A stretch of 63,615 nucleotides of DNA, the filler included, from Nemertoderma westbladi (taxonomy: Eukaryota; Animalia; Xenacoelomorpha): the NCBI GenBank assembly GCA_032718475.1. It is 3 parts of 3 records of this genome, joined end to end, with 100 filler letters (N's around TTAATTAATTAA, not from the genome) between each part and the next. Parts side by side here need not be neighbours in the genome. Positions count along the whole stretch, not along the records: positions 38,870 to 63,615 come from JAUCBJ010001782.1; 2 more parts are not named here. One strand, 5' to 3'. Made by a program: the position numbers and the translations under genes. The notes beneath the pieces are model-generated. The model ran no database searches. It was not told the origin of the DNA and saw nothing but the letters and a program-made list of their open reading frames with translations. This document shows, piece by piece, positions 47,622-60,498 of the stretch. How positions within the stretch are numbered: the first letter of the stretch is position 1; each line of letters starts with the position of its first letter.

Positions 47622-50600
47622 ATGGCCGAGGCGCCGGTGCTATGTGTTCTATGTTGTCGTCAAATATCGATATTCTCCGTCGGCGAGTGCAACCACGCCG
47701 TCTGCCACAGGTGCGCTACTCGCATGCGCGTCCTATGCGACCAACGCTACTGCGCCGTTTGTCGCGCCTCTCTATGGCGTATCGTTTTCTCCCGCGAGGA
47801 AACCGAGTTCCAGACGTTCCTCGAGACTCACGACTCTCGCAGACTCAGTTGCAACAGACGATACAACATATTGTTTGAGGACGACGACTTAGAAGACTCC
47901 TTCTATAAACTCCTTGAGTCTCGATGTCGCATCTGTATCGACAGACCCCCAGAGAGATCGTTTAGAGACCTACGCTGGCACATGAAACGCTCCCATTCTC
48001 TGCATTACTGTGATCTTTGCGTACGAAATCTCGTTATATTTCCTTTCGAACGTCGATTTTACTCCAAATCGGAGTTATTGCACCACGAACGTCACGGCGA
48101 CGTTGACGACTCTTCCTACCGACTCCATCCGCTCTGTAGGTTCTGTAACGAGCGCTCCTTCGACCAAGAGATTCTCTACAAACACCTGCGTCGGGACCAT
48201 TTCTTCTGCCATCTCTGCGATGCAGACGGCACCGAGGACTTCTACAACGACTACGACCAACTGAACCGGCACTTCCGTTCATCCCACTACCTCTGCGACA
48301 TCGGGGACTGCCAGACGGAGGAGTTCACCGCCGTGTTCCGGTTCGACATAGATCTGATCGCTCACGTGGCCGAACGCCACTCCGGGGGCAAATCCAAGCA
48401 GCAGCAACGGCAGGAGCGACAGCTGGACGTCGGGTTCGTGTACTCGCGGAGTCGGTTCACCAACCTGGACGGTGGCGGGGCCCCGGCGTCCCGGTACCGA
48501 CGTCGTTCCCCGTCGCACCGGGTCAGCCAGTCCTCGTTGTCAGACTCGGAGCTACAGCCCACCGAGTCCGCCGGTCGCTACGACAACGAGTTCCCCTCGT
48601 TGTTCGGCTCCTCCAGCGACGTTTCCGCGGTCCCAGAGCCGCCGCCTCGCGACGCCCGTCGCCCCCCACAGACCCCCGGACTCAACGAGTTTGTGTTCTC
48701 GACGAGTCGGAATGAGAAACACGAGTCTGTCGCTCAGCGACCGGAGGTGGCGACGGCCGCGAGTCGGATCGGAGGAGGGCAGTCGGTCCCCGTCGTCGAG
48801 GAGGAGTTTCCGGCCCTGCCGCCGGGGGTCGGGCGGCGGAGAGGGGTCAAACCGCAGTGGGTGGGCAAGTGGGGGCCGAGGGAGGGGGCGAAGGGACAGC
48901 AGGAGGGGGCGCTGAGACAGCAGGAGGGGGCGAAGGGACAACTGGGGCTGCAGAGGAAGGCGGAGGGTGCGAAGGTAAACCACACGGAGGTGCGCAAACA
49001 GAAGGACGTACCGGAAGTGACGTCATCGCCCCCTGAAGGACCTCGTTGGGTCGCCCCGCAACGCGAACGTCCCCCCAAACCGTCGCAGGAGCCATTCCCC
49101 TCGCTGCCCAGCGCGGTCCCAATCGCACCTGCGCCCGTGGGCGTTTGGGGAAAGAAGGAGCCCCCCGGGATCCTCGTGGTGTCGCCTAGCGATCGACGGG
49201 CCAAAGAATTGTACGAGTCGGACGAACCCAAAGTGGTCCGGAAGAAGAAACACGCGACGTCCAAGTTCGAGAAAGGGGGAGGCAACTTTACGTTGCAGGA
49301 AGTCGCGGTGGGGATAGCAGAGGTGGAGGTGAGGAGTAAACGGTCGGGTGGGCGGGAGGATTCGGGTGGAGATGCAACGCTAGTCGACAGGGAGGGCAGC
49401 GGCAGTAAGGGGCAAAATACGTCGGGGAAGGGCAAAAGGAAAGGGGCAAAATGCGAGTCGGACGCTTCCCGGGCCCCTCCGTCCGGGGACGTCGCGTCCA
49501 ACGGGGTCGTCCCGTCTGCTGTCGTTGTTCCGACGATGGACTCTGAGGGTCCGGTAGACTCCGGCCCGGTCGCGGGATACCCGAGCGGCGTGGAGAGTCG
49601 TCGAGAGTTCCCGGAGTTGGTTCCCAGTACCGCTAAGGGGCTTCCCCTCGGGGTGTTAGGTGTCACTGCTGCACCTAGCGGAGTGTTTGGTGTTACTACC
49701 CCAAATAGCGTCTTAGGTGTCACTGCCCCTAGTGAAGTGTTAGGTGTCACTGTATCTAGTGAAGTGTTAAGTGTCACTACACCAAATGGAGTTGACCTTG
49801 CCTCGCCCAGTCCGGATAACTTCTCCGAATTCAAGATTAATCTCGACTTTAACGAAGAGTTTCCCCGACTGGCTCCGTGTTCTACAACCGGTTCGTTTAC
49901 CCGGAACCCCTGTCCCGACGTCGATGTAGAATCTTTCGTACTTCCCACCGGGAACTGTCCCTCCAACAGTTACACCGACGGTGTACCGATGGCACCCCAT
50001 CCGATTAGAGCTCCCCCCGGGTTCGCCAACCCGCCCCCGGGGTTCCATAACGCAGTAACCCGCACCCCGGTCGCTCCTCCGCCCGGGTTCCACCCGCTAC
50101 CGAACGGATGCGGCCCAGGTGCACCCCCCATACTCTCGGGTGGCCTAGACCCAACCTCCATCCACTCGCTCCAACCCGACACCCACCCCGTACCAACCCA
50201 TGCACGCGAACACCACCACCCTATTGTGCCTCAACCGTTAGACTCAAATATGAACGCCTCTATAAACTCTCACCCTAACGAACACAACGAGTTTATAAAA
50301 CCCGAGAGGTTCCAACAACGAACCGACTCCATCAACAGAACAATCTCCAAGAAACTCCGCAACTTCCCGGGTAAAGAACAAAAGTTTATATCGGCCACTA
50401 AGAAGTTCCGCGACGGTATTATGTTAGCCCAAACTTATTTGGACGTCTGCAAGGACGCCTTCGGCGACCAGTTTAAGAATTTGTTTGCGGAATGGTTAGC
50501 GTTATGGCCGAATATCGGTAAACAAGTAACTCTTATGGAATGCCTCGGACCCAACGCGTCCAGACAGGGCGATTACAGTAATCTATCTCGGTGCTCATAT

Positions 50601-50660
50601 TGTAAGCAGTGGCTGTTGAAGAAGGACTCCGCCATTCACTCAAGCAATCATTGCGATTAA
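47622..50660 (+). CDS. ZNF598: E3 ubiquitin ligase ZNF598/Hel2 (ribosome quality control), single exon
   Basis: RING CVLC...CNHAVCHRCATRMRVLC..YCAVCR; C2H2 array with HPLCRFC and HLRRDHFFCHLCD; EFPxL and PPPGF motifs; C-terminal LWP...KQ..L and C..C.Q...H finger. Confidence 0.95.
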   Translation: MAEAPVLCVLCCRQISIFSVGECNHAVCHRCATRMRVLCDQRYCAVCRASLWRIVFSREETEFQTFLETHDSRRLSCNRRYNILFEDDDLEDSFYKLLESRCRICIDRPPERSFRDLRWHMKRSHSLHYCDLCVRNLVIFPFERRFYSKSELLHHERHGDVDDSSYRLHPLCRFCNERSFDQEILYKHLRRDHFFCHLCDADGTEDFYNDYDQLNRHFRSSHYLCDIGDCQTEEFTAVFRFDIDLIAHVAERHSGGKSKQQQRQERQLDVGFVYSRSRFTNLDGGGAPASRYRRRSPSHRVSQSSLSDSELQPTESAGRYDNEFPSLFGSSSDVSAVPEPPPRDARRPPQTPGLNEFVFSTSRNEKHESVAQRPEVATAASRIGGGQSVPVVEEEFPALPPGVGRRRGVKPQWVGKWGPREGAKGQQEGALRQQEGAKGQLGLQRKAEGAKVNHTEVRKQKDVPEVTSSPPEGPRWVAPQRERPPKPSQEPFPSLPSAVPIAPAPVGVWGKKEPPGILVVSPSDRRAKELYESDEPKVVRKKKHATSKFEKGGGNFTLQEVAVGIAEVEVRSKRSGGREDSGGDATLVDREGSGSKGQNTSGKGKRKGAKCESDASRAPPSGDVASNGVVPSAVVVPTMDSEGPVDSGPVAGYPSGVESRREFPELVPSTAKGLPLGVLGVTAAPSGVFGVTTPNSVLGVTAPSEVLGVTVSSEVLSVTTPNGVDLASPSPDNFSEFKINLDFNEEFPRLAPCSTTGSFTRNPCPDVDVESFVLPTGNCPSNSYTDGVPMAPHPIRAPPGFANPPPGFHNAVTRTPVAPPPGFHPLPNGCGPGAPPILSGGLDPTSIHSLQPDTHPVPTHAREHHHPIVPQPLDSNMNASINSHPNEHNEFIKPERFQQRTDSINRTISKKLRNFPGKEQKFISATKKFRDGIMLAQTYLDVCKDAFGDQFKNLFAEWLALWPNIGKQVTLMECLGPNASRQGDYSNLSRCSYCKQWLLKKDSAIHSSNHCD

Positions 50661-51028
50661 TCGGCCGTTCGATTTTATTTCTTATGGATTTAGTATTTTG
50701 GTGGATTAGTAGTTGTTAACTTCTGTTATTTATATGGAAGGCAATTCATTTGATTTAATTATTGTATCTCTATTTAACTTTAGCTAAAAGGCAAAGTGCT
50801 TCCTCTGTCTGCCTTGTTATCTATATTTGTAATTTTTTGGGTTTTTGAGTTGTAATTGAATTAAAATTAAGGGAACTAAGGATAATTTGTGATTTATCGA
50901 CCGCTTTCAGATATTTAACCCTAATATAATGTTTATTACAGCGTCCCAAGAATTTCCAACAATCGAACCCCTCAGAATGAAAACAAGTTGTGCTCATTTA
51001 TTTTAATGTCATCACCGCAATGCTCAAT

Positions 51029-51741
51029 CGCGGTCACCTTGCACAGGGCCTTTAGACTTTCTCGCGGCCACCTTGCACAGGGCCTTTAGACTTTCTCGCG
51101 GCCACCTTGTACAGAGCCTTTAGACTTTCTCGCGGCCACCTTGCACAGGGCCTTTAGACTTTCTCGCGGCCACCTTGCTCGGGGCCTTTAGACTTTCTCG
51201 CGGCCACATTGCACAGGGCCTTTAGACTGTCTCGCGGCCACCTTGCACAGGGCCTTTAGACTTTCTCGCGGCCACCTTGCTCAGGGCCTTTGGACTTTCT
51301 CGCGGCCACCTTGCACAGGGCCTTTGGACTTTCTCGCGGCCACCTTGCACAGGGCCTTTAGACTTTCTAGCGGCCACCTTGCACAGGGCCTTTAGACTTT
51401 CTAGCGGCCACCTTGCACAGGGCCTTTAGACTTTCTCGCGGCCACCTTGCACAGGGCCTTTAGACTTTCTCGCGGCCACCTTGCACAGGGCCTTTAGACT
51501 TTCTCGCGCACACCTGGCACAGGGCCTTTAGACTTTCTCGCGGCCACCTTGCACAGGGCCTTTAGACTTTCTCGCGGCCACCTTGCACAGGGCCTTTAGA
51601 CTTTCTCGCGGCCACCTTGCACAGGGCCTTTAGACTTTCTCGCGGCCACCTTGCACAGGGCCTTTAGACTTTCTCGCGCACACCTTGCACAGGGCCTTTA
51701 GACTTTCTCGCGGCCACCTTGCACAGGGCCTTTAGACTTTC
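51029..51741. repeat. 34-bp minisatellite (~21 copies)
   Basis: Unit CTCGCGGCCACCTTGCACAGGGCCTTTAGACTTT. Confidence 0.95.
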
Positions 51742-52299
51742 TTCATGGGTCAATTTTATCTTTGATAAAAGAGCAATAACCATTTGGTGGGGGTGGGGTG
51801 GAGGGGGGGGGGGGGTGAGTAGTAGACAGACATCTTCAAAATAAAACTACAAGCTCAGGCTACTGTGCCTACCTCGCTACCTGTGCCGTTTGACCTGTCA
51901 TATATTTTGTTTCTATGCTTTTTTTCTCAAGGGCACTTGTGATGTGATAAAAATTTTAAAAATTTCATAAAAATTTGTTTGCCGGAGTCTGGATCAAAAT
52001 TTAATGGCGATTTAAAAACTGACAAACGAGATAGCGATATCACTATGCTTTTAATTCTCGAGTAATAGCTGATAGCTGTTTGTCTGCCTGCCAGTCGGTT
52101 TTGTCTGACAAAATTCAAGAAACACACGCACACACGTACAATTTTCGCTATAGGATTTTTCCTGTTTAGTGATCTCATTTCTAATGTCATTTTTTAATGT
52201 TTCATGTATTCTAGATTGTCTGTCATTCTATCTGCATGCATGTGTGTCTTTTGTATTTCTGTATGTCTGTTATGTCTGCATGTCAGTCAAAAATCATGA

Positions 52300-54945
52300 A
52301 TGAAGTACACAACTGAAAATGTTTTTTATAGTGGGTTTCATGGTCTATGATTCCATTTCTGATGTCTGTTTTAACGTTTAAGGGATTCTTAGATGGTCTA
52401 TCCGGCTGTCTGTCTGTGTGTTATATTTTGACGGACATGCCGACAGGTATACAGACCATCACAAAGCCATTATATTTGAATAGTGACACCAGAAATGGAA
52501 TCACCGACCAGGAAAACCCCTCTAACTAATAAAGTGTTAGCGAGGTCGTGTCCTTTCCTAACCTTCGTCTGACAGAGGGACAGATTGTCTAATAAACAGA
52601 CGGACTGACAATCAGACAGTCTGAAATACTTCAAACGTTACAACTAACATTGGTAATGAAATCGCAGACCAGGAAAACCCCCATAACCTAAATTTCAGTT
52701 CGGTAGTGCATTTCCTGAATTAATGACTGACAAACAGACAGATTGTCTGAAAAACAGACAGACTGACAGTCTGGAATTCATCAAACGTTAGACTTCGGAA
52801 ATGCAATCACTACCCCGGAAAACCCCCATATCGAAAATTTAGTTAAAAAGTATTAATCCTTATTTTTTGAATATAATATAAAGAATAATCCCTCCATTTA
52901 ACAAAAAATGGCGGGCAGGTTTGAAAACTTTAATTGCCATTATCTCAGAATTTTATTTTTCGTTTTTATTTTTCACTCATGTTCCTGTTTCTCTGGAACC
53001 ACTGGTCCAAATTGCATGACATTTTCACTATGTTCTTTTACTAATCCTTTATAGGTGGAACCACTGTTTAGAAATGTAAGTTAGAAATTGCAAAAGTAAC
53101 ATCACAATAAAACGGCAAAAATACTTGTTTTTTCAATTTTCGTAAATGACATTTTTCATTTTGAAAATTTCTGGTCACCAAATTGACTTTTTTTATTTTT
53201 ATTTTTTGGTTCCACGTTTGAGACTTGCTAAATTAATTCCCCTAAAAATTTTAAGCCATTCTGTTCAACCAATTCCTCAGAAGAGGTACCGCATATAAGC
53301 TTAATAGTCCAATGTATTGACATACACTTTCCCTGAATGCCTTTTTTCCGCATTGTTATATTTTCTCATTTATAGCATTGGTAAACAACTAACACATTCC
53401 ATGGAAATAAAAATTGCTTTATATCCCGCTGACCCCGTGATTTATAATTAACCTCACTTGCTGCTTGCCTAATTATTGCTGATCTGGCTCCCGATTTGCT
53501 ATTTGCCTGAATAATAGCCTTTTTAAGGATCCCATATAATTTTGAGCCAGAAATTAATTCCACACAAATAAATAATAACGTACTGATATTGTCATCCCGT
53601 TATGCACCCATTCAGTACCGGTATATAACAAGTAGGGATGCGACAGAGCTCCGGCTCCGGAGCTCCGGGCAAAGTTCCGGCTCCGGGCAAATTAACCCGG
53701 AGCCAATCCGGAGCTTATGTTGTTTAAATTCGAATTAAAATAATAATTCTTTCTGATGTATGAATAATGTAAATATCTTAGTAATTAATATAATAACTCA
53801 TTAAGTAATTTACAGCTTATTTTTTTAAGTATATTGTATATATTTCATTATTTGTGCAGAATGACATGCTAAGTCGACCCTATGACCACAATTTTGATAA
53901 ATGCTCATGTTCAAAAATTATTAAAAAAAACAGATTTGTTGCCACATTTTTGACAGATTTTGGACATTTTTAACCAAAAATTTACACCTTTTGTTAAATA
54001 TTTTAGCTACATTTAAAATTAAAAAAATTTAAATTCAAATTTAAAAGTTTTCATAGGGGGTGTTAAGCAACACCCAGTCATCATTCATGCCAAATTTCAC
54101 GCGAAGTCGTTCATTTTTAGAAAAGCCTTTGCTTTTAAAATTTGCATTCTTCATTAAAAAAACGCATTTAAAGTTTATCGTTAGTGTAATTTCTAATGTT
54201 AGAATGCACACAACCCAGCTGAAAATTTTGTTGTAAGGGTTTTCCGGGTCGTTGATTTAATTTCTGAAGTCAGTTTTCTCATTTGACTGCGTCATGTCTG
54301 TCTGAATTGCTGTCGGTCTGTCCGTCAAAAATATGACCTACAGCTGAACAGACAATGAGGATGACGTAATTCATGAAAACTGACATCGGAAATAAAATCA
54401 CCAACCATTAAAACCCAAATAACAATATTTGTAGCTAGTTGGTATGCTTTCCTATTATTGTGACACAGACAGATAAACCGACAGACAGACATAAAGACAT
54501 AGTAGGTTTAGTTAAAAGTTAAAACTGACGTCGGAAATGAAATAAAAAACCAGTATAACCCCATAACAAAACGTTTAGCTTGGCGGAATGCTTTCCTTAA
54601 ATTTTGACATACAGACAGACCGACATAATAGACTTCTCTAAATATTAAATCTGACATTGGAATTGAAATCAGCGACCAGGAAAACCACAACAAAAAAAGC
54701 TTTTGCTTTATGGTATGAGGTCTTTATATGTTGACAGACAGATTGTCGGACGATCAGACAGACATAAATACATAATCGTTTTCATTAAAAGTGAAAATTG
54801 ACGTTTGGAATGAAATCAGCGACCATGAAAACCCCATAACAAAACTTTTAGCTAGAAGATAATTGCTTTTGTTATATTTTGACAGACAAACCGTCAGAAA
54901 CACAATCCCAGACACTCACCCCCCCCCCCCCCTCCCCTCCTTAAC
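52300..54945. repeat. Decayed non-autonomous DNA-transposon subterminal repeats; hAT-like end (TAGGGATG + CTCCGG repeats) at 53633
   Basis: GAAATCAGCGACCAGGAAAACCCC-like motif in both orientations with CAGA tracts. Confidence 0.45.
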
Positions 54946-57254
54946 GATAAACTCTAGTCCACTGTATATGCTCAACCATAACCTACTACATAAACCCAGC
55001 GAACGTAATTTAAATATTCGCATCTCTACATGTAACACAGCTAACATTTCGGTTTCTATGTAGCTAATTTGTTGCGCCTCAATAAACAAACTTTCAGTTT
55101 ATAATCGTTAAAAGGGAATTAAAAATGACTCTAAAGAAAAGATATGCATTACTTGGCGATTATAGTTGGTTGTAATAATAGTAGATGAAGTTCCCCTTGC
55201 AGCATTATCTGTTAATCCATACTCGAGGCATACAAAGAGAGTTCGATTTCTGCTCATCGATATTAGTCTGAAACTGCTCCACTGACACCACCTGCACCCT
55301 TTTATCAGCAATCATGACTTATAAACAGACAGACGGAATTTAATCCATATAATACAATTATGAGCACCCAAGTACATCGGTAGACTCGGCTGCATTAATC
55401 TCTACCCCCACTATACTTTACATAGAAACTGTTTAATCCGTTTTGAGACAATCACATTGCATGTACGTCGTCATAAATAAACCCTTAATTTGCTCAACTG
55501 AATGCTAAGCTTCCATTCTAATAATTTCTGAAGGGTTTATGAGGTATAGTTAGTTGCAAACATAATATTAGACTATCATATATATTTTCACACATTTATT
55601 ATCGCGTTTGCGAGGTTTGACCCAATATCCTATATGTCGCGCTATATCTTCTTATCTTTTATATAGAAATAGAAGATATAGTGAAGACATAGCTGTCTGT
55701 GGTAGCCTAGTGTTGAATGTGCGGAACAATGATACTGTATTGGGATGGTAATGTCCCCAAAATATTTTGCAATTGGTGTGAGTGCGGGGGGGGGGGGAGT
55801 GGTGGTAGGGGCCCGTAAGTTGAGACTAAAGTGAATTCACCTTACACAGAAACAGTCTTACAACACCACCCTAATAAATCAACCTCCTCCATAGTTATAA
55901 TCTCAATTAAAAATGCTACAAAATTGTTATTATAATAAATGGTATACTAATGAGAATGACAATATATCAGGATACCTATACCTACTGTATGCTACCGGTA
56001 TAGGTATAACGGATTGTAATCCTTTAGTGGGTGCGGCTTCTGCTACACATTGTCCCAGAACCTTAAAAAATCCTGTCCTATCTAACCCCTAATTTAGAGA
56101 TTGACCCCAAGTTAACTCAACATTATTGGTTTTGCCAAGTATGGTTACATCGATTATGGGCGATATAACATTGTCATTGTAACACATTGTGGGACCTTCG
56201 CGCATCACGATAGGCTATAAGAAAGGGTGTTAAACTGGTAGCAGACTGGATAAACTGCAGACAGATTACCGTCCCCAGAATGATGAAGCATGGTTTATAG
56301 TGCATAGGCCCCCTAGCTCACAAGCTTTAACATGAACCGATCATAAGGGACTTAATAATAGAAGACAGGCGAACTGAAGAAGTCTGTCTGTATGTAAACT
56401 TCATTAATAGATCAGTCCTATAAAGTTTCAGTTTAAGAAAGTAGAACCTTCCCGTGATGTAATCTTTCATAGAATAGATCGACAGGACAGATGGACAAGA
56501 GGTTGAGAAGTATATACCCGTATGCTAAGCTCGCTTACTTTCGTGGCTCGCCCCACATTTTATTAATGCATTATATTACCCCCGGTGACTGCTCTCCAGG
56601 TCTACACTAGCATATACACAGCCCCTTATATTACCCAATAGGGAACCACCATTTATATAGCTACTAAGTGTGTTTCTTGACTTGACCTATTACCTTTATC
56701 CTAATACTATATGCATTCACTTTTGTTAACGCAGTAATCAGTTGCCGATTTTAGTGTCTTAAGGTGTAACGTTACGAGATAGAACAATATACCGGTAACC
56801 GGTAATGATATGTTTCAGGTTTATTAATATCTGCAAATTATTATTTGTTTTGTTTGGTTTGGGGGTTGATTATTAGAGTGTTTCATTTATTTTAGAATTA
56901 TTAAGTAATTTTACCACAGTATTGTCTAGGCGTACAATAAATAATAGGCCATTAATACAATTTAGTTGTCCTATACTTAATTGCGGTGGTGCATTTCTAT
57001 AAAACGTAATTACAGTAGTTAACTGATATTTTGTATTAATTCCTAGATTGTGGCGGCCCCTATTATTGGGTTCGACGAGATCTACGGTATCTACCGCTTG
57101 CTATTCGTCGTTGCGGTGGGAGGCTCCCACCGACGAATAGCAAGCTTCTTTAAACTGTTTGCAATGTCTGTTTGTATTCGTATTGGCGTGGAGTATCTAT
57201 CGCCTTTTAATTAAAATTAACAAGAGCAGAACTAGAGGACATGTAATGCCTCGC

Positions 57255-57589
57255 CCTATGATTGGTAGTTGGATGGCCAACTGTTATCTGCTTCTTTGTG
57301 ATTGGCTAGAAAGTGTTTGCGTAACTCTTTGTTATAAAATGCGAGGAACTTAGGCATAAAAGTTAATTCTTTACAAAAACGTCGACTGAAGTATATTATT
57401 TATCGAGTGTTTGAGGCAACCAAGTAGTTGAGAGTTTGGGAAAGTTCGGAACGTGTTATTCGCAAGGTGTCGTTGATACTACTTCCAGTGTTAGTATCAG
57501 AGTAGAGTTACTTATTTAGATACGAAGATATTCCTTTAAGACGTTTACTCATATTGTGTCATTGCCTAATATTTCACAATAAGAAAGCG
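57255..57589 (+). promoter_or_regulatory. Candidate Pol II promoter and non-coding first exon
   Basis: Two GATTGG (reverse CCAAT) boxes at ~57260 and ~57300, TATAAAA at ~57333, donor GCG|GTATGT at 57589, acceptor ttttcag at 57673. Confidence 0.45.
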
Positions 57590-58793
57590 GTATGTTTAAA
57601 TTTATTTTATATATTTATTTAGATATTCTTACCTAACAGCAATTTGTTTTTTTTATTCGTATTGCCTTTTCAGGTGGTTTGTGATTTCTTTGGTGCCGTT
57701 AAAATATATTTTAACCACCAATTATATCACTGTCTTTGAGAATGATAATTTCATCGTAATTGGAATATTAATTTTCGTTATACTAACGCTCCTCAGCTCA
57801 CATACTCACACACTGGTGCCCTCGCACCTCTCTGCTCAGCACATGTTCTCATCAATCATCAAATCTTTACACAGGGGTTCAAAATTTCTGAAAATAAAAC
57901 GTTCCATCACCAAATATATATTTACTAATTTACTTCAAACCTTATAAAGTGTAAGATTAAGACTACGTATACTTTATTCGCAAGATGGAAATATTTATTA
58001 AATAGAAAACCATTATTTCATAAACATTAAATGTTAAACTTGTTCTTGATGAATTGTTGATGGTAACGACAGTGTTGGGGGTATTCGTACCTATGTTCGT
58101 TAACATGCTGTTTCAACTTACCGGTACCGGTACGATGCCTACACCCATGTGAAGAATTCCAGGTTTTCACTTTTCGATCGAAACTAGATTCAAATATTTT
58201 ATATGAAGAATTTGTATATTTTAAAATTTATCGTTATTTAGTACTTTATAGCGCTTGTTTCTGTTTTATAACCTGTAAAGATACTGATACGTTTATTGTT
58301 TTGGTTATATTAACCCCTTCTGTAACATATTAACCCCTTTTGTGTCTTCGTTTCTGCGTCTGTCTATTTATTCAACCTTCTAGAATACTATAAATTATAA
58401 ATATTATAAGAACTAAGTTCTGGAGTATTTGATATAATAGCATATCGCAAAGAAAGAAACCTCAAGCCACTGAATCTCGACCCTTGTCTATCAACCTATT
58501 GTTGGTAAACAGAAATATATTTATATGACCGGTAGACCGGTAACTGAAGCAAAATTTGGTAGGCCAATTCAATAGGCTGTATAATGATTGACAACTGAAA
58601 ATAAGTGTTCAGGATCAGTTTCAGTTTTAATACAAAGAACTCGTCAAGTGCTGTAAAGTCTAACAATAATGATTGTAAAACTCAATCCCGGTGGGTCCCA
58701 TAAGATTAAGGTCTACTGCAGCGGCTAATTACTCGTAATTCATCAATTAATTATCACACTGTCGCGTTAAGTGTTGCAATTTAGGAACAGTGT

Positions 58794-60498
58794 ATGGCCT
58801 CATTCCATGTAAAGGTCACCCTCCCCACTAATTTTGAAAAATGAGATATACAGTAGCTTTGATTTTATACTTATTATAGGTCAAAACTTATACTTCATGA
58901 ATTCAGTGCTAAAAAATGCATCACAGGTGGTTTCTCAACAATAGTCGAATTACAAATTAAGCACCTGCTCTGTCTTTCGTTTGCTGTAGGCCATGGCCTA
59001 CTTAAATATTATATTTAAGTAGGCCATGTGTAGGCACTTCCAATGACCAATAAAGTAATATTTGTGAGCATGTAGCCTAAATCATAAACAAACCCATTTT
59101 CGATTTTTTTTTGGTCTCACTTAATTTGACCAGTGTTTCATTCCACTGGAATGAAATCGAGAAAGTTAGTCATGTGATGTCCCATACTTTATCCAAAAAT
59201 AATGAAATTTTTAGTTTATTCACAGAGAAGTAACTCAGCCTAATCACCCAGTGGAATGCAAAGCACGTTTGTGTTGCGTCATCTTATGAAACAATTAGTT
59301 TCATCTCCATACTCCCTCACAATTGTCAAGGCGGCCAAATGAAAATTGTCCCATACTTTACCATTAAAATGGCGATTACATTAGTGCACTGTATTAATGT
59401 ATGTGAAGCCAGGAGTGTTATATTGCTTCAAGGTGATAGCTGGCCGTAAGCATAGGAGTATATATTTGAACTGATGAGAATCATTCCTCAGTCAACTAAT
59501 CTTTGGGTTTATGCATCTAAAATCCTGTACTTTTAGCAGATAACGTCAGTAAGTAAAGGAATTGCTACGATTTCAGAATCTGAAAGTTGAATAGTTTTTC
59601 CCGTGTACTGCAGTAAGTGGCACAGTACGTGTCAGTGCGTACCAGTATTCGTCGAACGTTTGGTTCAATTTCATCAATGATTGACGGACTTACCTTTCAT
59701 AAAGTTTTCCTATAATATGTTTTCTTATTTTTGGCCCAAACGGCGCCCCTACCCTTACCACCAGAAAGACTGTCTAATATTTGACCAAACCTCAGATTCT
59801 TTCTAAACGTTTGACAGACTGCATACGTACAAAGTTTGGTTTAATTTCAATTTCAGTTATTAGCGATCAAATATTAGACAGGGCAGGCAGACAACTCGTC
59901 AATAGTGGTAGGCGTACCCATATGTTAAGACTTGGCTCACTTTGTGTCTCGCCCCACATTTTGCATCCATATCTTGGTTGGAAATACTTAGTTGCACTTT
60001 ATTATCACTAATTATCCAGAAATTACTGTTAGATTAAGTGTAAGAGACCTTTTCGGCTATAAAATTCGTACAGGTCCCGTACTTTACTTAGCAATGTCCC
60101 ATACTTTACCACACAAACCACGTTGTAAAAAATTAGCAATGTAGCTAGCTAGCTATTCGTCTGATATTTATATTTTTATTTAAGCTTAATAATATAGCTC
60201 TATTATAAACATCAACTCAACACCGTACCTGCGCACAATTCGCTAAACTTTAGAATTCAAATCATAAAATAAATAAAACCATTTCGTACGAATCCACTTT
60301 ACTTTGATTAGACAAGCTGGTGTTTTCTCAAAGGTGTCCGAGTACCTCCATAATCTTAGCGAAATCAAAGCTGACATTCGAAAGTTCAATCCAAGCAGAA
60401 ATTTTGTGCACTTATGTGTTGTAGATAACATTGTACAAACAATCAAAGTTCAAAATTATTGTGTACGAATGTCCCGTACTTTAATTTGGAATGAGCCG
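58794..60498. mobile_element. Possible 1.7-kb non-autonomous TIR element
   Basis: Imperfect TIR GGC(C)TCATTCCA / TGGAATGAGCC; five internal GTCCC(A/G)TACTTTA motifs. Confidence 0.4.

Noticed and set aside
48734-49966. 410-aa minus-strand ORF and other short ORFs over ZNF598
   Set aside because: Antisense shadows of a GC-rich low-complexity coding region.
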